From positions 34,596,001 through 34,660,000 of the forward strand of contig OZ024743.1 in NCBI GenBank assembly GCA_964016885.1: 64,000 bases of DNA, written 5' to 3'. A program made the position numbers and the translations under genes. The stretch comes from Eledone cirrhosa. Its lineage: Eukaryota. Under the pieces are notes generated by a model that made no database searches, had not been told where the DNA came from, and saw nothing but the letters and a program-made list of their open reading frames with translations. Shown here in pieces: positions 1 to 12,186 of the stretch (positions are counted from its first letter, which is position 1; the number at the start of each line of letters is the position of its first letter).

Positions 1-42
1 TCGACTTTCCCCTCTCCCCAAATTGCTGGCCTTGTGCCTGGG

Positions 43-215
43 GGATTGGCAGTATCGGTAGAAAGTCGGACGCCATGCTTTGCAGCATAGAGTTACGCGC
101 CTTTATAGTCGAGGTTCACTTTGCCTTTCATCCTCACGGGGTCGATAAAATAAAGTACCAGTAATGTACTGGGATAATTGCTGGCCTTGTGCCAAAAGTA
201 GAAACAATTATTATT
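43..215 (+). mobile_element. tRNA-derived SINE (dominant family of this window), internally deleted copy
   Basis: A-box-like TGGCAGTATCGG, body CTTTGCCTTTCATCCTCACGGGGTCGATAAAATAAAGTACCAG, tail GCTGGCCTTGTGCCAAAAGTAGAAAC-(ATT)n; recurs about 20 times in the window. Confidence 0.85.
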
Positions 216-529
216 AAAGGCTAACTTTGCCTTTCATCGACAAATAAAGCCCCAGTAATGCAGTTGTTCTCTCTTTGATGACTACAGCAAAAGGGAACAT
301 ACGGTGGACAAGGTTGTAAGGACTGGAAACTGACACTTTCTTCTTCGATGAAGCTTTCGTCAACCTTTTCAATTCAACTAGAAAAGGAATGTCAGGGTGA
401 GTTTATGGGGTACCTCGATCGACCCTAATTTGTGGTCCTCTTGTATCAGGAGAACTATTTATCATCAGCATATATAATATATATACCTCTGTATTTTCTT
501 ATTCTATTTTTATGTAAACTCCTCAAACT

Positions 530-1330
530 TTACGTAACCTGTCCTTATCAGTCGCTACCCTTGTAGCAAAAAAATCGTTATTATTTTTATTATTATTCAT
601 ATTCATTTGCACAGTGATTATCTTAACACTGGTTCATTTAATTGACTTCCTTATCAAATTACGTAACCTCAGACAGATAATACTTTACACAGGATATTTG
701 CTGTTCCCCAAAGTATTGTTTTCTGTAATGCCGTAATACTGGGGCTGATTCCAATTCTATCAAGGTTTTTCTGGGAGGTTTCTGTCACCAATCCAAGTGC
801 TCTAATTATAATTCGTACTACTCTTGCTTTCATATTACACATCATATTCTCTCGACATTTATTCTCATGTCTGCATACTTTACGATTTTCTGGTTTTCTT
901 TAGAAATGGTCTCTTGAGTAAGCTACATCGATCAACAAACACCTCCTTTCAGTACATTTCCTCAACAAAGTTATGTCTGACCTAGTATTTTCAAGAGCTC
1001 TCTGTCTGGATTGTAAAGTCCCACAAGAGTTTCACAGTCTGGTTTTTTTAGGACCTTCTCCGGTGTGTGCTGATACCATTTCTCAGTGGTTGTAAATCCA
1101 TATTTCTTGCATAAAGACTAATGGAGGCGTAAACACACGTTATCATCACGCCTTTTATATTCCCTCTGTGCAAGTATGCTACAGTCCCTCACGATATGTA
1201 TCACACTTTCCACCTTCTTCCCATATAACCTACACTTATTTGTTTCATCTAGGTTATACATATTCCTTATTGCGTTTGGTTTTTGTGCTTGATCTTGAGC
1301 TGCTATTAACAAACTTTGTTTCTCTTTTAA
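530..1330 (-). mobile_element. 3' fragment of RLE-type non-LTR retrotransposon (Dong/R4-like), decayed
   Basis: Minus-strand peptide CRLYGKKVESVIHIVRDCSILAQREYKRRDDNV (degenerate CCHC knuckle) followed by KWYQHTPEKV and ...LLIDVA RLE-like residues; stops and frameshifts. Confidence 0.8.
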
Positions 1331-1349
1331 TATATAAATATATATATAT

Positions 1350-1799
1350 ACAAGAAAGTAGTACAGCATAATCGAATCTCTGGTTGCAGGCAAGCAAACG
1401 AATGCAGTCGGAAAGTGCAGCTAAAGCACTCAATAAGGAATTTTACCTTAGAGTTATAACATTACGTTTAGACAGTTATACAAATTGAAGACAGCGACCG
1501 ATAAGCGAGTCGCTAGGACCAGAACAACGAAAAAAACCGACACAGGAAAATGTTGACAATATCTGGACCATCGTGGAGATATATAATATCTCCGCTAGGT
1601 TTCTGTAAATCCGAAATCAACAAAATCCATTTGCAGAGGCCTGCAAGTTAATTGGCTTTGGAAGATAGAACAGTGGAATTTACTTCGTCAACAAGTTTTC
1701 GTTCTGCCGCCACCGGTTGTAAGAACTAGCAGTAAACACCACCAGTAGTCACGTGGTTTATCCGGAGTGAGGTAACCCCGGTTTTGGCGGTCAAATTCG

Positions 1800-1800
<1 letters not shown>
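1350..1800 (-). repeat. Unclassified ~450-500 bp interspersed repeat, (TA)n-flanked, copy 1
   Basis: Reverse complement aligns by eye to 5675-6140 and 61720-61870 (CCGCCAAAACCGG, CACGTGAC, AGAACGAAAAC, CCAGAGATTCGAT). Confidence 0.7.
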
Positions 1801-1848
<48 letters not shown>

Positions 1849-1934
1849 ATAAGTAATGTACTGGGTAATTGCTGGCCTTGTGCCGAAAGTAGAAACAATT
1901 ATAATATTATGAGTTGGTAGATATAGTTATACTT

Positions 1935-2225
1935 TCTCCAGCCCTAACCTGGTGCAGTCTGCGACTAACCCAGGTTCTGCTGCACGTCGGGCTGAGGAGG
2001 CCAAACTCTTCAAATACCGGTTGCTCTCCGTCAGGTTTGCCGTTGTACCCTTGGCAGTGGAGACTTCTGGTGTCCTCGGTCCAAGGGCTACGTCCCTACT
2101 CACTACCATAGACGCTGAGCTGGCCAGCCGCAGGTGTGAGCCCCGCGAGTTGGAATGGCTTTTCCAGCGCGTCTCCCTTGCCGTCCTCCGGGGAAACGCC
2201 TTCTCTATTCTGTCCGCCGGGGGTG
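1935..2225 (+). mobile_element. 3' fragment of CRE-like RLE retrotransposon
   Basis: Peptide PGSAARRAEEAKLFKY...VPLAVETSGVLG...LFQRVSLAVLRGNA resembles the C-terminal RLE end of CRE-type elements. Confidence 0.75.
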
Positions 2226-2342
2226 TGGGGAGGCCACCAATATGGTTGACTGACTTGTCATTTTATCAGTCAGATGTTTTTAGACTCGTTGTATGAAGAC
2301 TAACCCTCTGTTGAAACTATTCTCTGTTTCTCAGACAAAGAG

Positions 2343-2381
<39 letters not shown>

Positions 2382-2619
2382 GAGAGAGAGAGAGGGAGAG
2401 AGGGGGGGAGACAGAGAGAGAGACAGAGAGAGAGAATGTGCGTGGTGTTCATACGAAGAAAAAAGAACATAACATTCAATAAAGCACTCAATACCAGGTA
2501 ATAATGTAATAAAATATGTATTTATTTAAGCTGTGATTGTTGCCCGGATGTACTGGTTTCTTCTTGCTAGTTATATAAAATGATCAACCTATATATGTGT
2601 GTGCATGTGTGGGTGTAGA

Positions 2620-3320
2620 TACATACATACATACATACATGCATGCATACATACATACATGCATGCATACATACATACATACATATATACATACATACAT
2701 ATTATATAGACATACAAACATACATACATACATACATACATGCATACATACATACATGTGTACATACATACATACATGCGTACATACATACATACATACA
2801 TGCATGCATACATACATACATGCGTACATACATACATACATTCAAACATACATACATACATACATACATACATACATTCAAACATACATACATACATGCA
2901 TACATATATACATGCAAACATGCATGGATACATGCATACATACATACATATATGCATACATACATACATACATACATTAAAACATACATTCATATATACA
3001 TACATACATGCATTCAAACATACATACATACATACATATATACATACATATATACATACATATATACATACAAACATGCATGGATACATGCATACATACA
3101 TACATATATGCATACAAACATACATACATACATACATACATACATACATACATACATACATACATGCATACAAACATACATACATACATGCATACATACA
3201 TGCATACATATATACATACATACACACATGCATACATACATACATACATGCAACATACATACATGCATACATATATACATACATACGTACATACATACAT
3301 ACACACAATCATACACACAC

Positions 3321-3380
<60 letters not shown>

Positions 3381-3385
3381 ACATA
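2620..3385. repeat. (CATA)n compound microsatellite followed by (CA)n
   Basis: Directly visible. Confidence 0.98.
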
Positions 3386-3982
3386 CAGATGTTTACATGT
3401 CCACTTCATTATTACAGACAAGCACCGAAAGACCGAAATACCCAAACAATGGCGCATAGAAAAAAATGATTGGGTGAACCGCCATGTTTGACTGTTTAAT
3501 GAAATGCTAACTGAATTATGTTTTATGAAACGAACAGGATGAAAGGAAGCAAATATATAAATTGATTGAAGGAGCCACTGTAATAGAGTTAATAAACAAA
3601 ACAACAGTAGCAAGATAAAATATAAAACAATTATGAGTTTTAATTACAGTAACGTAGTTCTCAGACAAGAAATTAATTTCTATGTGAGAGCATGTTTTGT
3701 TTTTTTTTGGTCATGTTATTGCAGTTGTTTTTCGGTTTTCGTTTTTTGTATTTTTGTTTTGTTAGTTTTTTTGTTTTGTATTTTTGTGGGGTTTTGGGGT
3801 TTTTTTTTGTTTTTCTTTCACTATTCACCAATGTTCATGTTGGGTATTAATTCACTACGGATACGTGTTTCGGCCCAGTACTGTTCCGCCTGGCCTCTTC
3901 TCTCATCCTTTACTGTTTATTTTTTCCCATCTTTTATTCTACTCGCTCCTCTCCCTCTTTTCTTTCTCTCTCTCCCGTTCTT

Positions 3983-4057
<75 letters not shown>

Positions 4058-4578
4058 CACTCCCTTTCTCTCTCACTATCTCTATATATCTCTCACTCTC
4101 TTTCTATCTCTCTCTATCTCACTCTCTTTCTCTATCTTTATCTATCTCACTCTATCTCTCCCTTTCTCTCTCACTCTCTTTCTCTATCTCACTCTATCTC
4201 TTTTTCTCACCCCCCTACCCCACTCTCTCTCTCTCTCTTTCACTCTCTAACTGTTACTCACTATTCCTAATCTAATTATTCGGTGCCACAAGAAAGCATC
4301 CCTCTCTGATGAACGACATCTGTCCGAAACGATATATATATTCATCTTTGCCACCACAAATCTATATATTCCATTTTTTAACAGTTTTGTGACTGGTTTC
4401 CCATTCAAATCCAGAAAGTCTTCACAAAAGTTGATGACATTTTAAAAGAACTTCGAATGTACTGTTGTAGGTATATTCTGTAGCATTTAATTTAAACTAT
4501 GAGTTTGCGAACAATAAGGGACGGGAGATAAACACAGACATAAATTTAAACACAAACACATACACATAGAAACATTTG

Positions 4579-4655
4579 ACTACTGACGAACGATTCCAAC
4601 CGTGAATAACCCCACTGAAAAGTTTCGTGAAATAGTCTTTTTAAGATTATATAGT
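4579..4655 (+). ncRNA. Type I hammerhead ribozyme, copy 1
   Basis: Stem I ACTA/TAGT; core CTGACGA 4583-4589; stem II ACGA...TCGT; GAA; stem III ATAGTCTT/AAGATTAT; predicted AUA cleavage after 4651. Confidence 0.8.
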
Positions 4656-5205
4656 GCATTTGTAGATTTTTCCGAATTGACGGAGAAGTATTTACTCTTA
4701 ATTTTATTTTGAGTTAAGATTCTATTGGTTTTTTTCCCCGGGTTACACAAAATCTGTGGATAAAATTTCTGGTCTTGATTTGTTTTGAATTAGGATTAAA
4801 TTATTTTCCCATATCTTACGTTAAAGGTTTTCATCTTGACGTAATAGTCACATATATGTCTGAATTACTGTTGGCTTCTTGCTTACATTAATTTATCTAT
4901 TTTCATTTATATATTTATACTCGGAATTTATCCTTGAGTGCTTAAAATTAGTTGTGACTAACCCCTGTTTTTTAAAAAAACCGCGATAATATTGCTTTAT
5001 GCTGAACTCCATATCTTTTGTCGAGTTTTTTTTTTTCGGAATGTTCTGACTGCTGTTTCTTGTAAACAGACATTCGTCTCATTCTGACGTCACTAGCCCT
5101 GTCTCCATGTGTGTTTATTAATTCAATTCCACACGAGGTTTGACTAGCCTACTTTTAAATTCCCCTCTTGCATATTTTAGCTGTGACTCTTAGTTAACGT
5201 ATGGA

Positions 5206-5286
5206 GCACTACTGACGAACGACTCCAACCGTGAATAACCCCACTGAAAAGTTTCATGAAATAGTCTTTTTAAGACTATATAGTGC
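5206..5286 (+). ncRNA. Type I hammerhead ribozyme, copy 2
   Basis: Stem I GCACTA/TAGTGC; core CTGACGA 5212-5218; stem II ACGA...TCAT (one mismatch); GAA; stem III ATAGTCTT/AAGACTAT; predicted AUA cleavage after 5280. Confidence 0.8.
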
Positions 5287-5548
5287 ATTTGTAGATTTTT
5301 CCAAATTGACGGAGAAGTATTTACTCTTAATTTTATTTTGAGTTAAGATTCTATTGGTTTTTTCCCCGGATTACACAAAATCTGTGGATAAAATTTCTGG
5401 TCTTGATTTGTTTTGAATTGGGATTAAATTATTTTCCCATATCTTACGTTAAATATTTTTCATCTTGACGCAATAGTCACTTATATGTCTGAATTACGGT
5501 TGGCTTTTTGCTTACGTCTATTTTCATTTATATAATTTCTCTATTTTC

Positions 5549-5620
<72 letters not shown>

Positions 5621-5623
<3 letters not shown>

Positions 5624-6137
5624 GAGCTTATCATGATGATTAGCGGAAATTAAAATATTTCCTTTGTCTAACATTTTGAATGACCCGCCAAAAACCGGAG
5701 GTTATTTCCGTTGCTGGAATTAACACGTGACAGCTATAGATACGATACGCTGCATCTAGCAGCAACATTTAGCCTATCACCCCGTCCTGGGTAGAACGAA
5801 AACCTGTTGAAGAACTGAATCCTCTGTTCGATCATGAATACCACGAGCTTACCAGTCACGTAAGTCTGATATTTGATTTCGGATTCAAAGAAACACTTTA
5901 AACGTATAATCGTTTGATTTGTCCAGGTGTATTTTTCTCAACCTGTTAGTTCTATCGTTACTTTGGTATATTATTGTGTGTTAGATTTTGCCTACCACAA
6001 TGTTCGATTTGTCAAGCTATTTAAACGTGTTATTACTCTAAGGACTACCTTATCAAGTGCTTTGCTAACTTGTCATTTCATATAAGTAGGCCGAATTTGC
6101 TTGCAAACCGCCAGAGATTCGATTTTACTAAATTTCC

Positions 6138-6140
<3 letters not shown>
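5621..6140 (+). repeat. Unclassified (TA)n-flanked interspersed repeat, copy 2
   Basis: Homologous to 1350-1800(-) and 61690-61875(+); (TA)n on both sides. Confidence 0.7.
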
Positions 6141-6185
<45 letters not shown>

Positions 6186-6260
6186 AGATTCAGGACCCCG
6201 ACGGCAGAGCTCCGGCCGTTTCGACAGCTAGATCCCAATATATATATATATATACAGTAT

Positions 6261-6445
6261 ATAATTGTTTCTACTTTTGGCACAAGGCCAGCAATTTTCC
6301 CAGTGTATTACTGGTAATTTATTTTATCGACCCCGTAGGAATGAAAGGCAAAGTTAACCTCAGTAGGATTTGGTCTCAGAATGCAAAGGGCCATAATACC
6401 TATGCTGCAAAGCTTTGACGCTCTACCGATACTGCCAAACCACCG
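6261..6445 (-). mobile_element. tRNA-derived SINE
   Basis: Reverse complement of the dominant SINE consensus. Confidence 0.85.
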
Positions 6446-6499
6446 ATATACAGTATATAATATGTATAGTATGTATATTGTATATGTATATATAATGTA

Positions 6500-6639
<140 letters not shown>

Positions 6640-6682
6640 ATATATATATATATATTGTATGTATTGTATATTGAATAATATA

Positions 6683-6877
6683 CAGGATGTTTATGAAAAA
6701 TATTTTGAAGGCCTTTCGCTATGAATTTTTTAAGGTTGCGATCTTTATAACAGCTAATAAACTAGAAACGCGTCGATTAATTCCCCCTGTTTTTGCTGAG
6801 GCTGGATGTGTGACGATGATCACAACCTTAAAAGTTCATAGCGAAATGCCTTCAAAACGTTTTTCATAAACCTACCG
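6683..6877. mobile_element. Tc1/mariner-type MITE
   Basis: Imperfect ~60 bp terminal inverted repeats (CAGGATGTTTATGAAAAA...AAGGTTGCGATC / GATCACAACCTT...TTTTTCATAAACCTACCG) flanked by TA on both sides. Confidence 0.7.
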
Positions 6878-6883
6878 TATATT

Positions 6884-7051
6884 GAGGGTCGACGCCATAC
6901 TTTGCAGCAAAGAGTTACAGCCCTTTATGTTCTGAGTTCAAATCCCGCCGAGGTTAACTTTTCCTTTCATCCTTACGGGGTCGATAAAATAAAGTACCAG
7001 TAGTACACATAGATAATTGCTGGCATTGTGCCAAAAGTAGAAACAATTATT
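6884..7051 (+). mobile_element. tRNA-derived SINE (5' truncated)
   Basis: B-box GAGTTCAAATCCC plus conserved body and tail. Confidence 0.85.
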
Positions 7052-7081
7052 CAATATGCAATACGTAATTTTATATATATA

Positions 7082-7252
7082 TTAGCAGAATGGCCCGGCG
7101 TTGCTCGGGATTTGCTCTAGGGTTCTTATATATTTCATATATATTTATCCTTATTGAGCCTCCTGAAATAAATACGTTTGTTTATATTTTGCTATTGTGT
7201 ATGCAAAAATCAATCTATGAACGCAGAAGTAAATATTTCGAAAAGCTTTACA

Positions 7253-7289
<37 letters not shown>

Positions 7290-7598
7290 ATATATATATA
7301 CATATATACACACACACAGCGTCATAATATCGTAATGCAGACAGTCAGACATAAAGACAGATATTATAAGGGCGCAACGTTATATCTATGTATCTATCTA
7401 AAAAGAAAGACTAACAATTATAAAGAGAGATCACTAAATCGCCTAATGCGGTCCCTAGGGCATTGAAATATTTTTTGCGCAAAACACTCACAGGACCATA
7501 AATATTACATGTGTAAAGTTTGAAAACAATCTGTTGGGTGGTTCTCAAGATTTAGGGAGTGACAGACAGATAGACATTCTCTGTTTTAGATATATAGA
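7082..7598 (-). mobile_element. Non-autonomous Helitron
   Basis: Minus strand begins A|TCTATATATCTAAAA..., ends with hairpin CCCGAGCAACGCCGGG then CTAA|T (CTRR end, A/T target, no TSD). Confidence 0.75.
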
Positions 7599-7984
7599 TA
7601 TATCGCTATGTCGGAGCACCAATACAAACACATACATACAATCATACTTACTTATACACACTTGCACGCGCACATACGGACTCACTAAGAATCGTCTGCG
7701 CTGCGTTGTGAAAAAGAAGAGGGAAATCTTTCACAGTATCGGTTTATTCTTAGAAAACCACTTTCACTTCATCCCAACAGAAGAGTGTGGCCACCTAGGT
7801 TCTGATAATATATAACATATAAAGAAGATGATGTAGGCATGTATGTATGTAGGTATGTATGTGTGTACGTATGTAGGCATGCATGTATATGCATGTAGGT
7901 ATGTATGTATACATGCATGTATGTATGTAGGTATGTATGTATACATACATGTATATATGTATCTATGTATGTATGTCTACCTAT

Positions 7985-8589
7985 GTCACCAGTTGGTGGT
8001 GCTACTGGTAACATGTATCCCAGTACAACCTGTCTCATGGTCGGATCGTTGGCGACTAAACTGGCAACCTCACCAAGGTTTCTTGGTGAGGAGGGTGACT
8101 TTAGACATCCTGCAGAACTAAAAACAAAACCTGTCGAGGGGCAAAGGAGCTCTTAAGAGTCAATGGCCATCCAAAATCACCGGGAGAGATGACCCCTTAG
8201 CCTTTGTCAAGGCAGAATTCTAGGAGAAGGAAAACTCTGATATAACACCTGCAACCCTGATGGTATCCAATGATGTTGACTTGTTCTTCTTTTTGGTAAA
8301 TATCATCTTGGTTAAGAGAGTGGGACTGGCTTTGTGCAGTGCCTTTGCTCACTATAAAAGCTTAACGGCACCGGCATTGCTTTATATCTGGAGATCTCTC
8401 TGCACTTGTCATCACATGGTACCATGGGCCCAACACTATGTGTCAATAATTGTCACAAGTGTAGTGTTTGTACCAGAGTTTTCAAGTCGCTGGCTGGACT
8501 AAAAAGTCACACTTGTTCACCTCATGTTAGGGGTTCTCCTACATGGATATAAAGTAGTGGCCGTACTTGAAAACGAGTTGGCAGCCACC
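7985..8589 (+). mobile_element. Non-autonomous RTE-derived element (5' UTR-like part fused to RTE 3' end), longest copy
   Basis: TCTAGGAGAAGGAAAACTCTGA RTE-5'UTR-like motif; CSVCTRVFKSLAGLKSH C2H2-like terminal peptide; (ATGT)n tail; four near-identical copies. Confidence 0.7.
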
Positions 8590-10310
8590 ATGTATGTATG
8601 TATATAGGTATCTATGTATGTATTTATGTATGTATACATGCATGTATGTATGTATGTATAAATGTATGTATGTATACATGTATGTATGTATACATGTATG
8701 TATGTATGTATGTATGTATGTATGTATGTATGTATAAATGTATGTATGTATACATGTATGTATGTATGTATACATGTATGTATGTATGTATGTATAAATG
8801 TATGTATGTATACATGTATGTAAGTATGTATACATGTATGTATGTATGTATACATGTATGTATGTATGTATACATGTATGTATGTATGTATGTATGTATA
8901 AATGTATGTATGTATACATGTATGTATGTATGTATACATGTATGTATGTATGTATGTATAAATGTATGTATGTATACATGTATGTATGTATGTATACATG
9001 TATGTATGTATGTATGTATGTATAAATGTATGTATGTATACATGTATATATGTATGTATACATGTATGTATGTATGTATACATGTATGTATGTATGTATG
9101 TATGTATGTATGTATGTATGTATGTATAAATGTATGTATGTATACATGTATATATGTATGTATACATGTATGTATGTATGTATACATGTATGTATGTATG
9201 TATGTATGTATACATGTATGTATGTATACATGTATGTATGTATACATGTATGTATGTATACATGTATGTATGTATGTATGTATACATGTAAGTATATATG
9301 TATTATGTACATATATCTGTGGTATGCTGGCAACCCGATAAACGTCCGTAGAACGTTCATAAATCATAGTATGTGTGTAAGTGTGTAAGTGTGTATGTGT
9401 GTATCCATGTGTGTATGTATGTATGTAAGTGTGAATGTGTGTATGTGTGTATTCATGTGTGTAAGTGTGTAAGTGTGAATGTGTGTATGTGTGTATCCAT
9501 GTGTGTATGTGTGTATGTGTGTATGTGTGTATGTGAGCGTGTTTATGTATGGGTGTTTGTGAGTGTGTTTATGTATGCGTGTATGTGAATGTGTCTATGT
9601 CTGTGTGTATGTGAGCGTCAATATGTATGTGTGTATGTGAGTGTGTTTATGTATGTGTGTATGTGAGTGTGTTTATGTATGTGTGTATGTGTGTATGTGA
9701 ATGTGTTTATGTATGTGTGTCTATGTCTGTGTGTATGTAAGCGTCAATATGTATGTGTGTATGTGTGTGTGTTTATGTATGTGTGTATATATGATCGTGT
9801 TTATGTGTGTGTGTATGTGAGCATGTTTATGTATGTGTGTATGTGAGTGTCTTTATGTATGTGTGTATGTGAGTGTCTTTATGTATGTGTGTATGTGAGT
9901 GTCTTTATGTATATGTGTATGTGAACATGTTTATGTATGTGTGTATGTGAGCGTGTTTATGTATATGTGTATGTGAGCATGTTTATGTATGTGTGTATGT
10001 GAGCGTGTTTATGTATATGTGTATGTGAGCGTGTTTATGTATATGTGTATGTGAGCGTGTTTATGTATGTGTGTATGTGAGCGTGTTTATGTATATGTGT
10101 ATGTGAGCATGTTTATGTATGTGTGTATGTGAGTGTGCAAGCGTATTTATGTATGTGTGTGTGTGAGCGTATTTATGTGTGTGTATGTGTGTGTGAGCGT
10201 GTTTAAGTATCTGTTTATGTGAGTCTGTTTATGTATGTGTGTATGTGAGCGTCAATATGTATGTGTAAATATGTGTATGTGAGCGTGTGTATGTAGGTGT
10301 GTATGTGTAT
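8590..10310. repeat. (ATGT)n microsatellite and degenerate GT-rich minisatellite
   Basis: Directly visible. Confidence 0.95.
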
Positions 10311-10575
10311 GAGAAAACGTGTTATTGAAGAATTCTTCATAAGATATCACTAATTAAATAACTACACAACAGATTGATGTATTGGTTGCTTAAAATCTGT
10401 CTTAATTAATTTACTAATTCCGTAAGTAACGTATGCCAAAGAATTCGGATTATTTATCGCAACTGCGCCGTTGGCGTTCTCTTCACACATATACATACAT
10501 ACATACATACATACATACATACATACATACATACATACATACATACATACATACATACATACATACATACATACA

Positions 10576-10968
10576 TTGTTGTTTGGGACCACACATTGAA
10601 AACGTGTTCTGTTGTGGAGATCAGCTGCCCACTTGATGTAAACGTTGTCAGAAAAATACAGGAGAAAGAGGACATCTACGGACCATTGATGAGGAGTTTA
10701 CAAATCCAGTATCCAAGATACACCTTTAGCTTCATACCCATCATTATTGGAGCTACGGGTTATATACCAACCCGTTTGGACCAAAGTATGACTGAACTTG
10801 GATTTGCGGACAAAAAGCGCAGCTCCCTAATTCATAGCTGGCACCTTCAAAATTTGCAAAACATTCTTGCGATTCAAGGGATGACAATTTCTTTTCTTTT
10901 ACAACCTTGCCACCAGGAAGGTGGCCGGTCAAAAAAAATATATACTCGAAATTAAGAGAAAGAGATAA
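10576..10968 (+). mobile_element. 3' fragment of Dong/R4-like RLE LINE inside (CATA)n
   Basis: VVWD...KTCSVVEISCP...KEDIYGPLMRSLQ...PIIIGATG parallels 15730-15900; (CATA)n-type repeat on both sides. Confidence 0.8.
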
Positions 10969-11071
10969 CGTACGTACGTACATACATACATACATACATA
11001 CATACATACATACATACATACATACATACATACATACGTACGTACGTACGTACGTATATACATACATACAT

Positions 11072-11560
11072 GGTGGCTGCCAACTCGTTTTCGAGTACGG
11101 CCACTACTTTATATCCATGTAGGAGAACCCCTACCAATGCGCTAAACGAGTGTGACTTTTTAGTCTAGCCAGCGACTTGAAAACTCTGGTACAAACACTA
11201 CACTTGTGACAATTATTGACACATAGTGCTGGGCCCATGGTACCATGTGACGACAAGTGCAGAGAGATCTCCCGATATAAAGCAATGCCTGTGCCGTGAA
11301 GCTTTTATAGTGAGCAAAGGCACTGCACAAAGCCAGTCCCACTCTCTTAACCAAGATGATATTTACCAAAAAGAAGAACAATTCAACATCATTGGATACC
11401 ATCGGGGTTGCAGGTGTTATATCAGAGTTTTCCTTCTCCTAGAATTCTGCCTTGACAAAGGCTAAGGGGTCATCTCTCCCGGTGATTTTGGATGGCTATT
11501 GACTCTTAAGAGCCCCTTTGCCTTTTGACAGGTTTTGTTTTTAGTCCTGCAGGATGTCCA
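11072..11560 (-). mobile_element. Non-autonomous RTE-derived element, copy 2 (5' truncated)
   Basis: Near-identical reverse complement of 8100-8589. Confidence 0.8.
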
Positions 11561-11686
11561 ATACAGGACATACATACATAAATACATACATACGTACATA
11601 CATATATACATACACACATTCGTGCATTCATAAAAGTATCCCACTATTATACATACATACATACATACATACATACATACATACAT

Positions 11687-12098
11687 GGTGGCTGCCAACT
11701 CGTTTTCGAGTAGGGCCACTACTTTATATCCATGTAGGAGAACCCCTACCGATGCGCTGAACGAGTGTGACTTTTTAGTCCAGCCTGCGACATGAAAACT
11801 CTGGTACAAACACTACACTTGTGACAATTATCGACACATAGTGCTGGGCCCATGGTACCATGTGACGACAAGTGCAGAGAGATCTCCAGATATAAAGCAA
11901 TGCCTGTGCCGTGAAGCTTTTATAGTGAGCAAAGGCACTGCACAAAGCCAGTCCCACTCTCTTAACCAAGATGATATTTACCAAAAAGAAGAACAAGTCA
12001 ACATCATTGGATACCATCAGGGTTGCAGGTGTTATATCAGAGTTTTCCTTCTCCTAGAATTCTGCCTTGACAAAGGCTAAGGGGTCATCTCTCCCGGT
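11687..12098 (-). mobile_element. Non-autonomous RTE-derived element, copy 3 (5' truncated)
   Basis: Near-identical reverse complement of 8178-8589. Confidence 0.8.
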
Positions 12099-12155
12099 AT
12101 ACATACATACATACATACATACATACATACATACATACATACATACATACATACA

Positions 12156-12185
<30 letters not shown>

Positions 12186-12186
<1 letters not shown>

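Larger units (their letters stand above)
4579..5556 (+). mobile_element. Non-coding HHR element with two ~340 bp direct repeats (4579-4914, 5208-5556); PLE pLTR / retrozyme-like
   Basis: Highly similar direct repeats offset by 629 bp, each starting with a hammerhead fold; 3' end runs into (TA)n. Confidence 0.8.

Noticed and set aside
340-475. Minus-strand CTGATGA (462-468) as a hammerhead
   Set aside because: No compatible stem II/GAAA/stem I arrangement found
2584-3613. Many overlapping [16 protein letters not shown] ORFs here and throughout the window
   Set aside because: Translations of (CATA)n, (TA)n and (CA)n microsatellites, open in several frames on both strands
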